Part shown: positions 39,527 through 50,073 of the stretch, piece after piece
How the letters are laid out: every line of letters begins with the position of its first letter
How positions within the stretch are numbered: position 1 is the stretch's first letter
NCBI GenBank assembly: GCA_048937405.1
Contig: JBHLNF010000001.1
Location: 976,785-1,040,784 of the forward strand
DNA length: 64,000 nucleotides
Reading direction: 5' to 3'
Source of the DNA: Promethearchaeota archaeon
GTDB lineage: Archaea; Asgardarchaeota; Lokiarchaeia; Sigyniarchaeales; SOKP01
Made by a program: the position numbers and the translations under genes
The notes under the pieces: generated by a model
The model's input: only the letters and a program-made list of their open reading frames with translations
The model's database searches: none
Told to the model about the DNA's origin: nothing

Positions 39527-40240
39527 ATGAAAAAAAATAGTAAAATTCTCATTGGAATTTTTGCTTTCGCAATTTTATTAACAATATTCAACATCAATAC
39601 TGTATTAGCACAACCAGAAGACACACCAATTCCAGTAAATCAATCAGGAATATATCCCTATCGGGTACAAGCACAAAATCAGACTGCATATCAATTTCAA
39701 AATAAATCAAGGTTAACACTGAAATCAAATGTAACAATTGAAGGGTATTTGAACTGTGATAATCTCCCTCAAAATGGAGATAAACAATTTGAACTTGAGC
39801 TTGAAGCGGAGAAAGACCTTCAAATGAATATGACATGTACTAGAGAAGAAGAACAATTAGGATTACAATTAGGCCATACCTATCGTGTCAGAAATAGAAA
39901 TCAGAATTTATCATACCAAGAAGGATTTTGTATTAGAATTCAAACTAATAAATCTGAACAAGAACAAATTCAAGCAAAACTCAAGATTCAAGCAAATGAT
40001 GAAAATCAAGGTGGAACATGGGCATTTTATAATGAAACTCAAGGAGGATGGGAATCCGTACCAACTACTTTACAAGGGGGCTATTTAGTTTGTGAAACAA
40101 ACCACTTTTCTTATTGGACAATACTTATACCTGATGCTACAACTGACGATTCAATTCCAGCTTTCACAGGAGTAGGTTTAGTTATAGTAGTATCAGTTAT
40201 TGCTGTGGTATTAATTGTATATCTTAACAAAAGAAAGTAA
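39527..40240 (+). CDS. secreted/surface protein with beta-sandwich ending in NHFS and C-terminal IPAF-TM-basic sorting signal
   Basis: signal peptide; CETNHFSYWTIL; IPAF + TM + NKRK. Confidence 0.85.
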   Translation: MKKNSKILIGIFAFAILLTIFNINTVLAQPEDTPIPVNQSGIYPYRVQAQNQTAYQFQNKSRLTLKSNVTIEGYLNCDNLPQNGDKQFELELEAEKDLQMNMTCTREEEQLGLQLGHTYRVRNRNQNLSYQEGFCIRIQTNKSEQEQIQAKLKIQANDENQGGTWAFYNETQGGWESVPTTLQGGYLVCETNHFSYWTILIPDATTDDSIPAFTGVGLVIVVSVIAVVLIVYLNKRK

Positions 40241-40278
40241 AATAAATCAATAATTTTTTTTTTTTTGTAATTTATATA

Positions 40279-41559
40279 TTGAATAAAGATTTTGAATGGA
40301 TTTATTTGAATTTAATAGGATCTAAGAAAAGAAAAAAGTATATCATTAGCATAGTAGTAATTTCATTAATAATATTACTTGAAAATAATTTATTTTTTGT
40401 TGGTGGAAATGGAAGAAAAGAGAAAATCCCTGATAATAAGATTAATGATACCGTAAAACCTAGAGAAAGAGTTTCTTATGAATTGATGAATAATAATACA
40501 TTTGAAATCTTATCAGATGTTTATATTGATCTTACTCTTAACTATCAAGATAGCATTTCATTTCGTCAGACTTATTTTATAATTAATAACACACTTCCAA
40601 TTACGTTAAATATTTCAACCAAAACAAACTTTCAGAATTTTGGAATTTCTCAATCACCTCAAGAACCCCAGAAAAATAAATTTAACTTTAACTTTAGATA
40701 TAATTGTATCTTTAGAATAAGAACAAATGTCTCAATTGTTAACTTAACAGTCAGATTTAGAAAAATTCAAGAGTATGGACTTAATCCGGACCTCTTGTAT
40801 TCTTCTTCTATATTCGAAACTAGCCAAGAGTCATGGAATTTAATCGAGACTATTGAGAATATTAATGAGTCTAGCTCTGATAAATATATAGAGAGTTCGA
40901 TTACGACACTCCAACAAAATACTGATTATTACTTTACTCTTTTTGAAGTGGAACCTATCACACAAGATTGGACATGGTTAATAATAACTGTTTTACTAAT
41001 AACAATTGGAATTATAGCTTTAGTAATCCTTATCTCAAAGAGAGATTATTTTCAATATTTAAGAACAAGAACAATTCCAATTGAGAAAGGGGCACATCGA
41101 TTATCTATAGATGATGTTTTGGAGAATGAAAATCGAAATAAAATAATTGATATAATTTTAAATGATCCTGGAATTCATTTTAATGAATTATTACGAAAAA
41201 CTGGGTTAGCAGCAGGCAATTTAGTTTGGCATCTTGATATTTTAATTACTTATAAAGTCATAGGGAAAAAGCGTATAGGTAATTTCATTGCGTATTTTCC
41301 ATATTATCAAAAAAATCCTATATCTAATGTAGATTTGAAGTTAAAAAAGAGTAAATTAACTTTAGAGATATTGGAAATGATTGAAGAAAAACCAGGAATA
41401 TGGAATAATATGATAACCAAAAAATTTAAGGTAGATCATAAAACGATTCATTATCACTTAAATAAATTAGTTGATTTAGGGCTTATCAAGTTTAGAAAAG
41501 AGGGGAGAAAAAAGAAAATTTATCCTAATTTAGAATCAGATTATTTTAATCAAGATTGA
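40279..41559 (+). CDS. membrane-anchored transcriptional regulator (extracellular domain, TM, tandem winged helix)
   Basis: N-terminal hydrophobic segment; TM near residue 235; LENENR..I...I...PGIHFNEL...WHL..L and a second HTH YHLNKL...G. Confidence 0.88.
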   Translation: MNKDFEWIYLNLIGSKKRKKYIISIVVISLIILLENNLFFVGGNGRKEKIPDNKINDTVKPRERVSYELMNNNTFEILSDVYIDLTLNYQDSISFRQTYFIINNTLPITLNISTKTNFQNFGISQSPQEPQKNKFNFNFRYNCIFRIRTNVSIVNLTVRFRKIQEYGLNPDLLYSSSIFETSQESWNLIETIENINESSSDKYIESSITTLQQNTDYYFTLFEVEPITQDWTWLIITVLLITIGIIALVILISKRDYFQYLRTRTIPIEKGAHRLSIDDVLENENRNKIIDIILNDPGIHFNELLRKTGLAAGNLVWHLDILITYKVIGKKRIGNFIAYFPYYQKNPISNVDLKLKKSKLTLEILEMIEEKPGIWNNMITKKFKVDHKTIHYHLNKLVDLGLIKFRKEGRKKKIYPNLESDYFNQD

Positions 41560-41569
41560 AAAATTCTCA

Positions 41570-44104
41570 TTATAGTTTTCGATTCTTTTTTCGTTTTAAT
41601 TCAACGTAAGTATAAGAAATTGTTGCTATAGTTAAAATTGTGAAAAATGATATTAGAGCTCCAAGAAGCTCTATTAAATTATTTTGTTTTGAAATATGTT
41701 TATTTATAATTAATACTTTAAAAGCAACATTGGAAGAAGAATCATTAGCAAAAAAGATGAGTTCAAATTTTCCATTTACTAATTTTTCCCATTCCTCTTG
41801 ATTTATAGTTGAATTTTCATTGAAAATAATATTTACATCACTCTCATTAAATGAATACCACATAGAATCTAAGTTATAATCAGTAATATAAACTGTAAAA
41901 TTTGGAGGATTAATTCCATAAATTTCATTTTCTTGAGGATAAATAATAGTAATAATTGGAGCAATAGTATCTTTTCGAATCAAGACTTCTTTCCTCCCAA
42001 TATTTCCCAAAGTATCATTAGCATAGAATAACAATTTTATTAACCCATCTCCTAAAGAGTACCAAATTGTTTGATTAATTGTTCCAGTTAACCCTGTAAA
42101 GGTAAAGTTCGTAATTCCATCGTTAATTGTGTACCAAGTCAAATTCAAATTTGGCTTGTCAATTAACAGAGTAAAATTTGGAGCATCTCTTCCAAAAAAT
42201 TGATTTGGTAATGGATTTAAAATAGAGATATTTGGTAAAGTGATATCTCTACGTACTATTACTGAAGTGGAATCCCTATTTCCTAATGAGTCATTGACAT
42301 AAAATTGAATATTTACAGTACCATTTGGTTGAAGATCCCATGAAGTCTGATTAATTGTTCCACTTTGCTCTGTAAAGGTAAAATTCATGATTCCATCATC
42401 AATTGTGTACCAAGACAAATTCAAATTCGGCTTGTCAATTAATAAAGTAAAATTTGGAGCCTTTTTTCCAAACACTTGATTTGGTGATGGATCTAAAATA
42501 GAGATGTTTGGTAACGTGATATCTTTACGTACTATTACGGAATTATGCTCTAAATTTCCTAGTGAATCATTGATATAGAATTGAATATTTACAGTACCAT
42601 TTAGTTGGAAATTCCATGCAGTTTGATTAATTGTTCCAGTTGAACCTGTAAAAGTAAAATTTGTAGTTCCACCATCAATTGTATACCATGAAGTGTTTAT
42701 TGTAAACCACGTCGGTTTTATTTTACCTTTATCAACATTGATGTTAAAATTAGGAGCAACCTTTCCAAATAACTGATAATTTTCAGGAGACTGAATATCT
42801 ATATATACTCCTTTTTTCATTATTGTAATGTTATCAATAAGATATATTCCACTATAATCATCTGGCATTGCCCATGTTTCCAAAGTAAGATTTGTTTCTT
42901 CTTTAATATCATCAACATTAATATCAATAATAATAAAATGATATGTACTATTATAAAATGGAGCATAATCCGGATTTGTGGTACGCTCATGAAGGGATAC
43001 TCCAGCACCTCCAGTTGTTAAATACATTGGATTTGAAGGATTTTCAAATTCATAGGATGAAGAATTATCATACTGTTTCAAACTGTTCATAGGATAACTT
43101 CTTTCATAATAGTGATTATGTCCAGCAAATACAAGGTCTAGATTATATTCTTCAAAAATAGGACACCAAGCAGAAATTAAATCACTTCGATCTGGGTGAT
43201 ATGAACCAAAAATTGGTTGATGCATATATGCAATATTCCATAAGCTATTATTATCTTTATAAGAATTCTTTAGTACTTCTTCTAACCAAGTAGTTTGAAT
43301 AGATATATCACGTTCTGTATTAAGTCCAATAAAATTTATAGGACCAATACTAAAATTATAATAGAAAGAATTTAAACCATTTGAAGGTAATGGAATATTA
43401 TCATACATATAACCATCTAATCTTTCATGATTTCCTTCAATATAATAACCGGGTATTTTTTTCGTTAATATCTCTATATCCTCAAAATAATCATTCCACT
43501 TAGTTTGAATACGCCCATCTTCAACTATATCTCCAGTATGAACAATGAATTCAATGTCAGCAAAATTTTCCATTATTTTTTTGACAAGTTCAGTTCGTTG
43601 TTCTGATTGAGATCGAGAATCCCCAAATAATAAAAATTTTAAGGAGCTTGCGTTTCGAGCTGGAAGTGTTGTAAAATTTAGAATGGCTCTTTCATTATAA
43701 CCATCTGAACTTACTTTATAATAGTAAGTTGTATTTACTTTCAAGTCTTTAAGGTTTGCACTATATATATAAGTACTATCGATATATTTCGATGTAGGTC
43801 TAATAGTTATATTATTTGTTAAAGAAGAATCAGTAGAATACTCAACTTTTGGATCTGTAGCATCAGCAGTTGTATACCAGGTAATTACCATTGAATTACT
43901 TGAATCATTAACTACAGTTATTCTAATACCTGCTGGTGTTAAGGGAGCACTTATTTCAATGTGTTTATCAAATTTAAACTTAAAATTTTCGTTATAACGA
44001 TAATTAAATAGGAAAATATTTGTGAGATTAATAAAAATAATAGAGACTATTAGAATTATAATTAAAAACTTTGAATTTAAATTCCTTTTGGCTACCAAAC
44101 TCAT
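41570..44104 (-). CDS. surface purple-acid-phosphatase-like metallophosphoesterase with FN3-like N-domain, four Ig-like repeats and TM anchor
   Basis: GDSR, HTGD, GNHE, HQP and GHNHYYER motifs; repeated P.NF...WYTI..G..NFTF...INQT.W...ND.LGN. Confidence 0.92.
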   Translation of the reverse strand: MSLVAKRNLNSKFLIIILIVSIIFINLTNIFLFNYRYNENFKFKFDKHIEISAPLTPAGIRITVVNDSSNSMVITWYTTADATDPKVEYSTDSSLTNNITIRPTSKYIDSTYIYSANLKDLKVNTTYYYKVSSDGYNERAILNFTTLPARNASSLKFLLFGDSRSQSEQRTELVKKIMENFADIEFIVHTGDIVEDGRIQTKWNDYFEDIEILTKKIPGYYIEGNHERLDGYMYDNIPLPSNGLNSFYYNFSIGPINFIGLNTERDISIQTTWLEEVLKNSYKDNNSLWNIAYMHQPIFGSYHPDRSDLISAWCPIFEEYNLDLVFAGHNHYYERSYPMNSLKQYDNSSSYEFENPSNPMYLTTGGAGVSLHERTTNPDYAPFYNSTYHFIIIDINVDDIKEETNLTLETWAMPDDYSGIYLIDNITIMKKGVYIDIQSPENYQLFGKVAPNFNINVDKGKIKPTWFTINTSWYTIDGGTTNFTFTGSTGTINQTAWNFQLNGTVNIQFYINDSLGNLEHNSVIVRKDITLPNISILDPSPNQVFGKKAPNFTLLIDKPNLNLSWYTIDDGIMNFTFTEQSGTINQTSWDLQPNGTVNIQFYVNDSLGNRDSTSVIVRRDITLPNISILNPLPNQFFGRDAPNFTLLIDKPNLNLTWYTINDGITNFTFTGLTGTINQTIWYSLGDGLIKLLFYANDTLGNIGRKEVLIRKDTIAPIITIIYPQENEIYGINPPNFTVYITDYNLDSMWYSFNESDVNIIFNENSTINQEEWEKLVNGKFELIFFANDSSSNVAFKVLIINKHISKQNNLIELLGALISFFTILTIATISYTYVELKRKKNRKL

Positions 44105-44250
44105 TTTTCTTTTCGCTAAATTAACTAATGAGTTTCAGTTTTTTAAAATACTTATAAAAAATAGACTTAATAAATTTTTTAGTTATAAAAGTAAATGTTA
44201 TGATTTCTTTATTGAAATAATTTATCTAAATGTCGATAGGATCTCTTTTA

Positions 44251-45654
44251 TTATAAACTGGCAATCCAGGAGTTAATTTGTGGAGCAAATATAATCATTA
44301 ATATAAATATAACTAAGAATAAAATACAAATCAAATTTTGCCATTTAAAGCGACTACCTATGTTAATATTATAAGCTCGTTCTTTAAATTCCCTCGCTTT
44401 CGCATTATAAAAAACTTTTAGACCTTTCGGGGTTAAAACCAATAAATCTTCAAAGCATTCTATAAGATTCCCTTCTATTAATTTATTTAAGTGTTTTTCA
44501 GCAATTTTTTGGCCTAAATCATCATAAAAAAAATCAGCAAACCCTTCATAATATTTACGCCCAAGATTTAATCCTAAATCGAAATTTTTCATAAGATTTG
44601 AACGAGTTAGGCGTTCTCTTCTAACACTCCCTAAAAGAAAGGCTGTTAATCGATTATCATATATATTATCAGCCATAACTTTTATTGCTGTAATATCAAA
44701 ATCTTCTTCTTTTTTTAATAATTCAAATAATATTTCTAGTCCTTCTTTAAACACAAAAATCGATATAATTATCCCTACTATTGAATCAACAAAATAATAA
44801 TCAAAAATAGCAAAGGTTAATCCTATTAAAACTCCAACTGATAATTTTACATTTAATCCAGAATCCTTTGAATCACTTAAAAATGATAAATTTCCAGAAA
44901 TTCGGCCAACCATTCCTTTCAAGAACATTAAACCGATATTTATAACCATTGAAATAATACTTATAATATATGCTTGAACTGTTGGTATTATTTCTACAGG
45001 ATTTATTAAAGCAATAACACTGGACCATGCTAAAGTTCCACCTGTGAATAACATTAACAAAATAATAATAATACTAGCAATCTTATCTTTCTTCAATTTC
45101 ATTCCTATTATAACAATAATAACTATTTTTGCTAAATCTGTTAGATTTTCAAATCCATCTGTTATCATCCCTTGGGATCCTAAATTAAAGCCTGTCAAGA
45201 TTTTCAATAAGGAAATAATAATTAAAAAAACTGCTGTACTAGACAAAACAGTGGTTTTAGAAAAGAATTTTTCCATCCAAAAAGATGTATGTAGATTCCA
45301 AAAATAACTATATTCAACAAGTTTAATCCCTTCATCAGTAAGTGCTATTGTATTATTTGTATGAGTTTGGATCAGTTTATTTCGGTTTGCTTTTTGCCAA
45401 AATTCCTCCACATCCTCCTCTTCTATAATCACATGTCTAGTAGAGGAAATAAACAAGAGTCTCATCTGTGCCTTTAGATCATCAAGATTATTAACTCCAT
45501 CATATATTAAGCAGAGAAAAGCATATAAAAATGTATGATGGGGGTCATGATTATGAGAGTCATAATATTTTGTCATTAACTTATAGCCTTCTCTTCTTGG
45601 ACCACTCTTTAAATCTCTTCTTGAATATTGAGGTTTTAAATCAGTTAAAGGCAT
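44251..45654 (-). CDS. cation diffusion facilitator-like transporter flanked by winged-helix-like domains
   Basis: LKILTG...S..MITDG.ENLTD, SDSKDS and D..VGIII CDF pattern; LT.EG/LTPKG wHTH-type ends. Confidence 0.75.
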   Translation of the reverse strand: MPLTDLKPQYSRRDLKSGPRREGYKLMTKYYDSHNHDPHHTFLYAFLCLIYDGVNNLDDLKAQMRLLFISSTRHVIIEEEDVEEFWQKANRNKLIQTHTNNTIALTDEGIKLVEYSYFWNLHTSFWMEKFFSKTTVLSSTAVFLIIISLLKILTGFNLGSQGMITDGFENLTDLAKIVIIVIIGMKLKKDKIASIIIILLMLFTGGTLAWSSVIALINPVEIIPTVQAYIISIISMVINIGLMFLKGMVGRISGNLSFLSDSKDSGLNVKLSVGVLIGLTFAIFDYYFVDSIVGIIISIFVFKEGLEILFELLKKEEDFDITAIKVMADNIYDNRLTAFLLGSVRRERLTRSNLMKNFDLGLNLGRKYYEGFADFFYDDLGQKIAEKHLNKLIEGNLIECFEDLLVLTPKGLKVFYNAKAREFKERAYNINIGSRFKWQNLICILFLVIFILMIIFAPQINSWIASL

Positions 45655-45798
45655 ATTATTGAGAAATGGATAGTTGAATTGAATTTATATATTTCGGATA
45701 GTAATTAACAAATTTTAAAAACTTTTATGTGAATTTAAAGCAAGCATTTTTAATTCTTCTTGATTAGTTATCAATAAATAAATAAAAAAAAACTGAAT

Positions 45799-46305
45799 AT
45801 GATTGATCCTGAAATATTTTTAAGATTCCTTAAAAGCAGAAGGAGCATTAGAAGCTTTCAAGATAAACCCGTTAAAGAAAATGAATTAAATATGATCCTT
45901 GAAGCAGGAAGATGGTCTCCAAGTGCATCAAATCGCCAACCTTGGGAGTTTATTATTATAAGAAATAAAGAAACTTTAGAAAAACTATCTAAGATGTCAT
46001 TTTATGGTAAATTTATGAAAGGAGTCCCACTAGTGATTGCTATTGTTGGTAAGACTAAAACAAGTCCTAAATGGTATATAATTGACACATCTCTAGTTAC
46101 AATGAATATGATGTTAATGGCATGGGCTCTTGGGATTGGTACATGTTGGATTGGAGCAATGAATAGAGAAAAAGCAAAAGAAATAATTGGTTTGGGGGAG
46201 AATGATTATCTTTTAACCGTTTTGCCTTTTGGATACATTGAAGGAAAGATTCCTGACCCTACCTCAAGAAAATCATTAAAAAATATCATAAGATGGATCG
46301 AATAG
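45799..46305 (+). CDS. nitroreductase family protein
   Basis: RRSIRSF, SPSASNRQPW and GIGTCWIG motifs. Confidence 0.95.
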   Translation: MIDPEIFLRFLKSRRSIRSFQDKPVKENELNMILEAGRWSPSASNRQPWEFIIIRNKETLEKLSKMSFYGKFMKGVPLVIAIVGKTKTSPKWYIIDTSLVTMNMMLMAWALGIGTCWIGAMNREKAKEIIGLGENDYLLTVLPFGYIEGKIPDPTSRKSLKNIIRWIE

Positions 46306-46317
46306 ATATAAAAAATA

Positions 46318-47484
46318 CTAAATTGGAATTGTAACTTCCTCTAATGTTTCTGGAGCTTTAGTTAACTTTTGATATCCCTCATCAGTTATTAATACAGTAT
46401 CTGAATGACGAAATCCTCCAATACCAGGAATATAAATAGCTGGTTCAACACTTATAACCATATTTTTTTCTAATGGTTTGTCATACCCTTCAGCTAAGAA
46501 TGGCGCTTCATGACCAGTAATCCCAAGACCATGTCCCGTTCGATGGAGCATATAATCTCCATATCCTTTTTCTGTAATAAAATTTCTTACTGATTTATCG
46601 ATCTTACTCATTATTATGCCCGGTTTTAGCATACTGTATGCTAACTCTCTTGCCTCAAACATTACTTCAAATGGTTTAATAGTTTTCTCTGGAACTTCAC
46701 CTAAGAAAAATGTTCTTTCAATCTCAACACCATAACCATCTACTTGAGCAGTGACTATTGAAACATGAGGTCCTCCATCTTCCATTTCTTTAAAAATGTG
46801 TGGAATTAAATGAGGATCATGTGAAATTGACGGTGGCCAAACCGCACCTGTAGTTTCTGTCGCTCTAAAATTAGCATTAGGTATGTCTTGAACTATCTTA
46901 GAAGTCATAGCATCTGTTACCTCTTTATATAAAGTAAACTCAAGAACTTTAGGGCGGCATTTTTTAAGTAATACTTTATGACCTTTATTTACAATTCTGC
47001 TTGCGTGATAAAGCCGACCAACTTCATAATCAGTTTTAATAATTCGAACTTTATCTATGATATCAGTAATTACTTTCTTACCAAGAGTTTTATTAGCGAT
47101 GCCAATTGGTAATTCAGATTCCAATCCAACTGTAGCATCAGATCTTATTTGTTTTTGATAAAAATCATACCAATTTTCACCATCTCGGGCAGGAAATTCA
47201 TAATATATCACAAATTCAAGATCACATTGTGCTCTGGATTCAAAATGTCCTTTCTCCAATTTGGGAATTAGCATTTTTGGTTCTCCTTGTCTTTCTATTA
47301 TAAGGATAAACGGTCTTTCATGAACGTAAAAAGCAAAATTAGTCAAATAATAGATATTTACCGGATTGAATGAAATATAATAATCTAAATTCTGTTCTTT
47401 CATTAAATTTCTAACCTTTTCTAGACGATTTGATAATTCTTCTCGACTAGGAGGATTTTTAATTGTTTTTATCTTCAACGTCAT
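46318..47484 (-). CDS. Xaa-Pro peptidase / creatinase family (M24)
   Basis: ERTF, HRTGHGLG..HEAP, SVEP and GGFRHSDTV motifs. Confidence 0.93.
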   Translation of the reverse strand: MTLKIKTIKNPPSREELSNRLEKVRNLMKEQNLDYYISFNPVNIYYLTNFAFYVHERPFILIIERQGEPKMLIPKLEKGHFESRAQCDLEFVIYYEFPARDGENWYDFYQKQIRSDATVGLESELPIGIANKTLGKKVITDIIDKVRIIKTDYEVGRLYHASRIVNKGHKVLLKKCRPKVLEFTLYKEVTDAMTSKIVQDIPNANFRATETTGAVWPPSISHDPHLIPHIFKEMEDGGPHVSIVTAQVDGYGVEIERTFFLGEVPEKTIKPFEVMFEARELAYSMLKPGIIMSKIDKSVRNFITEKGYGDYMLHRTGHGLGITGHEAPFLAEGYDKPLEKNMVISVEPAIYIPGIGGFRHSDTVLITDEGYQKLTKAPETLEEVTIPI

Positions 47485-47555
47485 AATTAATTTCAATTTT
47501 CTTATAGAATATAATTATCATATAAGATTAAATTATAAATAAAACATTAAACTTC

Positions 47556-49157
47556 TTGATAATGACTCTTGGATATCTTGGATTAGTATTACATGGACAT
47601 ATTCCGTGGTGTAAAAAGTCAGGTACTTGGCCTGCAGGAGAAGAATGGCTGATGGAAGCCATGAATGAAACTTATATTCCATTTCTAAATATTTTAAGGG
47701 AACTTAAGGGAAAAGGAATAAAAACGGCAATTACTGTTAACATAACACCTATATTGGCTGAACAATTGGCAGATGAATATATGAAACAGAGATTTACTGA
47801 ATATATGGAGAATTTAATATCAAGAGCTAAAAATGATACTAAACGGTTTGAAAATCATCAAGATAGAAAACTCATTGCTGAATATCATTTAAAGAATTTT
47901 GAGCATATACTAGACACATTCTATCATAATTATTATAGAGATTTATTAGGTACATTCAAATGGCTTCAAGATGAAGGAATGATTGAATTGATCACATGTG
48001 GAGCAACGCATGGCTTTTTACCACTTTTTGAGAGTGACTCCGGAATCTTTTCTCAAATTAAGTTAGCTGTAGATACACATAGAGAGCATTTTCAAAGAGA
48101 CCCTATAGGAATATGGCTTCCAGAATGTGCTTATAGGCCTAAAGAATATAAAAATGGTAAATTTCGAGAGAGTATTGATTATTGGTTAAATAATTCAGGT
48201 ATAAAATACTTTTTTGTAGACTCTCATGGAATACTAAATGCTGAAATAATAGAGCAAAAGAATGTAATTGGATTAGATACGAATTATGGGTATAATTTAG
48301 AAACGGGTGTTTCAGTTTTTGGAAGAAATAAAAAGACAAGTCGTCAGGTATGGGATACACAAATAGGTTATCCCGGAAATGAACATTATAGAGAATTTCA
48401 CAAAAAAGATCACGAATCAGGTTTGCACTATTGGAGAATTACCAGCAAAGGATTAGGAAATGAAGAAAAAGAATTATATAAAATAGATACCGCAGAAGAA
48501 ATTGTTATATCTCATGCGAATCATTTTATATCATTGGTTACTGAAGAATTAAAACAATTCTCTACCACATATAGTAAAAAAGGGATAATAATTTCCCCTT
48601 ATGATTTTGAACTTTATGGACATTGGTGGATGGAAGGGATAAACTGGTTGAATAAAGTATTTGAATTAATTTATAACTATGAAGATGTTGAAATGATAAC
48701 TATTTCAGATTACCTTTCAAAATTTAAGGATGATTTTTCAGTGATTAGGATGGGAGAAAGTAGTTGGGGGGAAGGAGGACATTTTCAAGTATGGAAGAAT
48801 CCCGATCATGGTTGGATTTGGCCCTATATCAATGGATCAATAAAAGCGTTTGAAAATATCTTAGAATCAATTCATAATCCTAATTCTTACGAACAACGAA
48901 TTCTTAAACAGATCGCTCGTGAATTGATTTTAATGGAAGGTAGTGATTGGCCTTTCCTCTTATATACTAAACAAGCAAAAGAGTATGCAAACCAGAGGTT
49001 TCACCATCATCACCAAAGATATAATAGATTAATCTGGGCTGTAAAAGATATTAATGATAAAAAAAGATTGTCTTTAGAAACTTTAGAAGAAATTGAATCA
49101 ATTGACTCTTGTTTTAAAAAAATTAATGTTAAACATTTTAAAAGAACAGATGGATGA
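47556..49157 (+). CDS. GH57 1,4-alpha-glucan branching enzyme
   Basis: LHGHIP, ATHGFLP, WLPECAY, DFELYGHWW.EG and SDWPF motifs. Confidence 0.95.
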   Translation: MIMTLGYLGLVLHGHIPWCKKSGTWPAGEEWLMEAMNETYIPFLNILRELKGKGIKTAITVNITPILAEQLADEYMKQRFTEYMENLISRAKNDTKRFENHQDRKLIAEYHLKNFEHILDTFYHNYYRDLLGTFKWLQDEGMIELITCGATHGFLPLFESDSGIFSQIKLAVDTHREHFQRDPIGIWLPECAYRPKEYKNGKFRESIDYWLNNSGIKYFFVDSHGILNAEIIEQKNVIGLDTNYGYNLETGVSVFGRNKKTSRQVWDTQIGYPGNEHYREFHKKDHESGLHYWRITSKGLGNEEKELYKIDTAEEIVISHANHFISLVTEELKQFSTTYSKKGIIISPYDFELYGHWWMEGINWLNKVFELIYNYEDVEMITISDYLSKFKDDFSVIRMGESSWGEGGHFQVWKNPDHGWIWPYINGSIKAFENILESIHNPNSYEQRILKQIARELILMEGSDWPFLLYTKQAKEYANQRFHHHHQRYNRLIWAVKDINDKKRLSLETLEEIESIDSCFKKINVKHFKRTDG

Positions 49158-49192
49158 TTCAATAAGGATTTTTTGATAAAGCTTAAATTTAT

Positions 49193-49741
49193 TTACAATA
49201 TAAATATTGCTGCAGCGACAACAGAGGCCCATTCATCTTCTTCTCGGACAGTAGCATAAGCTGTAATATTTTTTGTCTCGACAATCTGTCCATCCATTTT
49301 GAATACTTCTTTTTTTTCATCATAATTTGAATTTGGATCAAAAGGAATACCTAAAGTCGTTGCTAACATTTCTGCTGCTAGATCTTCTGCAATATCTCCA
49401 ACTTTATCAGGCTTAACTCCAAAACAATGATGTTCACTCAAATAACCATATTGACCTTTATTAGCAGGTTTAGCCACTCCAATGGCGGCACATATTAACC
49501 GATTAAATTCATTCGAAGTAAGTCTAGCTATTACTGCATATATAATTTGACCAGGACGAAGTTGCTTTAATCCATCTTCTTTTAAAATTTCTATACAATA
49601 GGGTGGTAAAATAGAAGATACATTTACTAAGTTATATTTCTCAATTCCAGCATCTCTGAGGGCTTCTTCAAAAGCACCTAACTTGGATTTATGAAAACCC
49701 TTACCAGATACAAAGAATACCTTCTTAGGAACTAAAGACAT
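49193..49741 (-). CDS. pdaD: pyruvoyl-dependent arginine decarboxylase
   Basis: FE.ALRDAGIE..NLV.VSSILPP cleavage site; GYLSEH. Confidence 0.95.
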   Translation of the reverse strand: MSLVPKKVFFVSGKGFHKSKLGAFEEALRDAGIEKYNLVNVSSILPPYCIEILKEDGLKQLRPGQIIYAVIARLTSNEFNRLICAAIGVAKPANKGQYGYLSEHHCFGVKPDKVGDIAEDLAAEMLATTLGIPFDPNSNYDEKKEVFKMDGQIVETKNITAYATVREEDEWASVVAAAIFIL

Positions 49742-50073
49742 TATTTTATTATTCTTTATTTATAAATTATAATTAAGATTTTAATATTAAAGGTTATATT
49801 TAAATTTATTTTCTACTCAAGTAATATATTGAAACCTATGATACTAAGATTATTACATTATGCCTAATTTAATTAAATATTATTAGATTTTTCTTATATT
49901 AAAAAATTGGATAATAAATATCACTGAGATTAAAAAACAAAGCAAAATGAAAAGATTTATTCAAATTTGATATATTAAATGGCTGCATTTCAAATTTATT
50001 AATACACTTTTAAGACTTTTTAAATAGATTCCAATAGAACACTTTAAAACTATTAAAGCATATAATTTTATTT

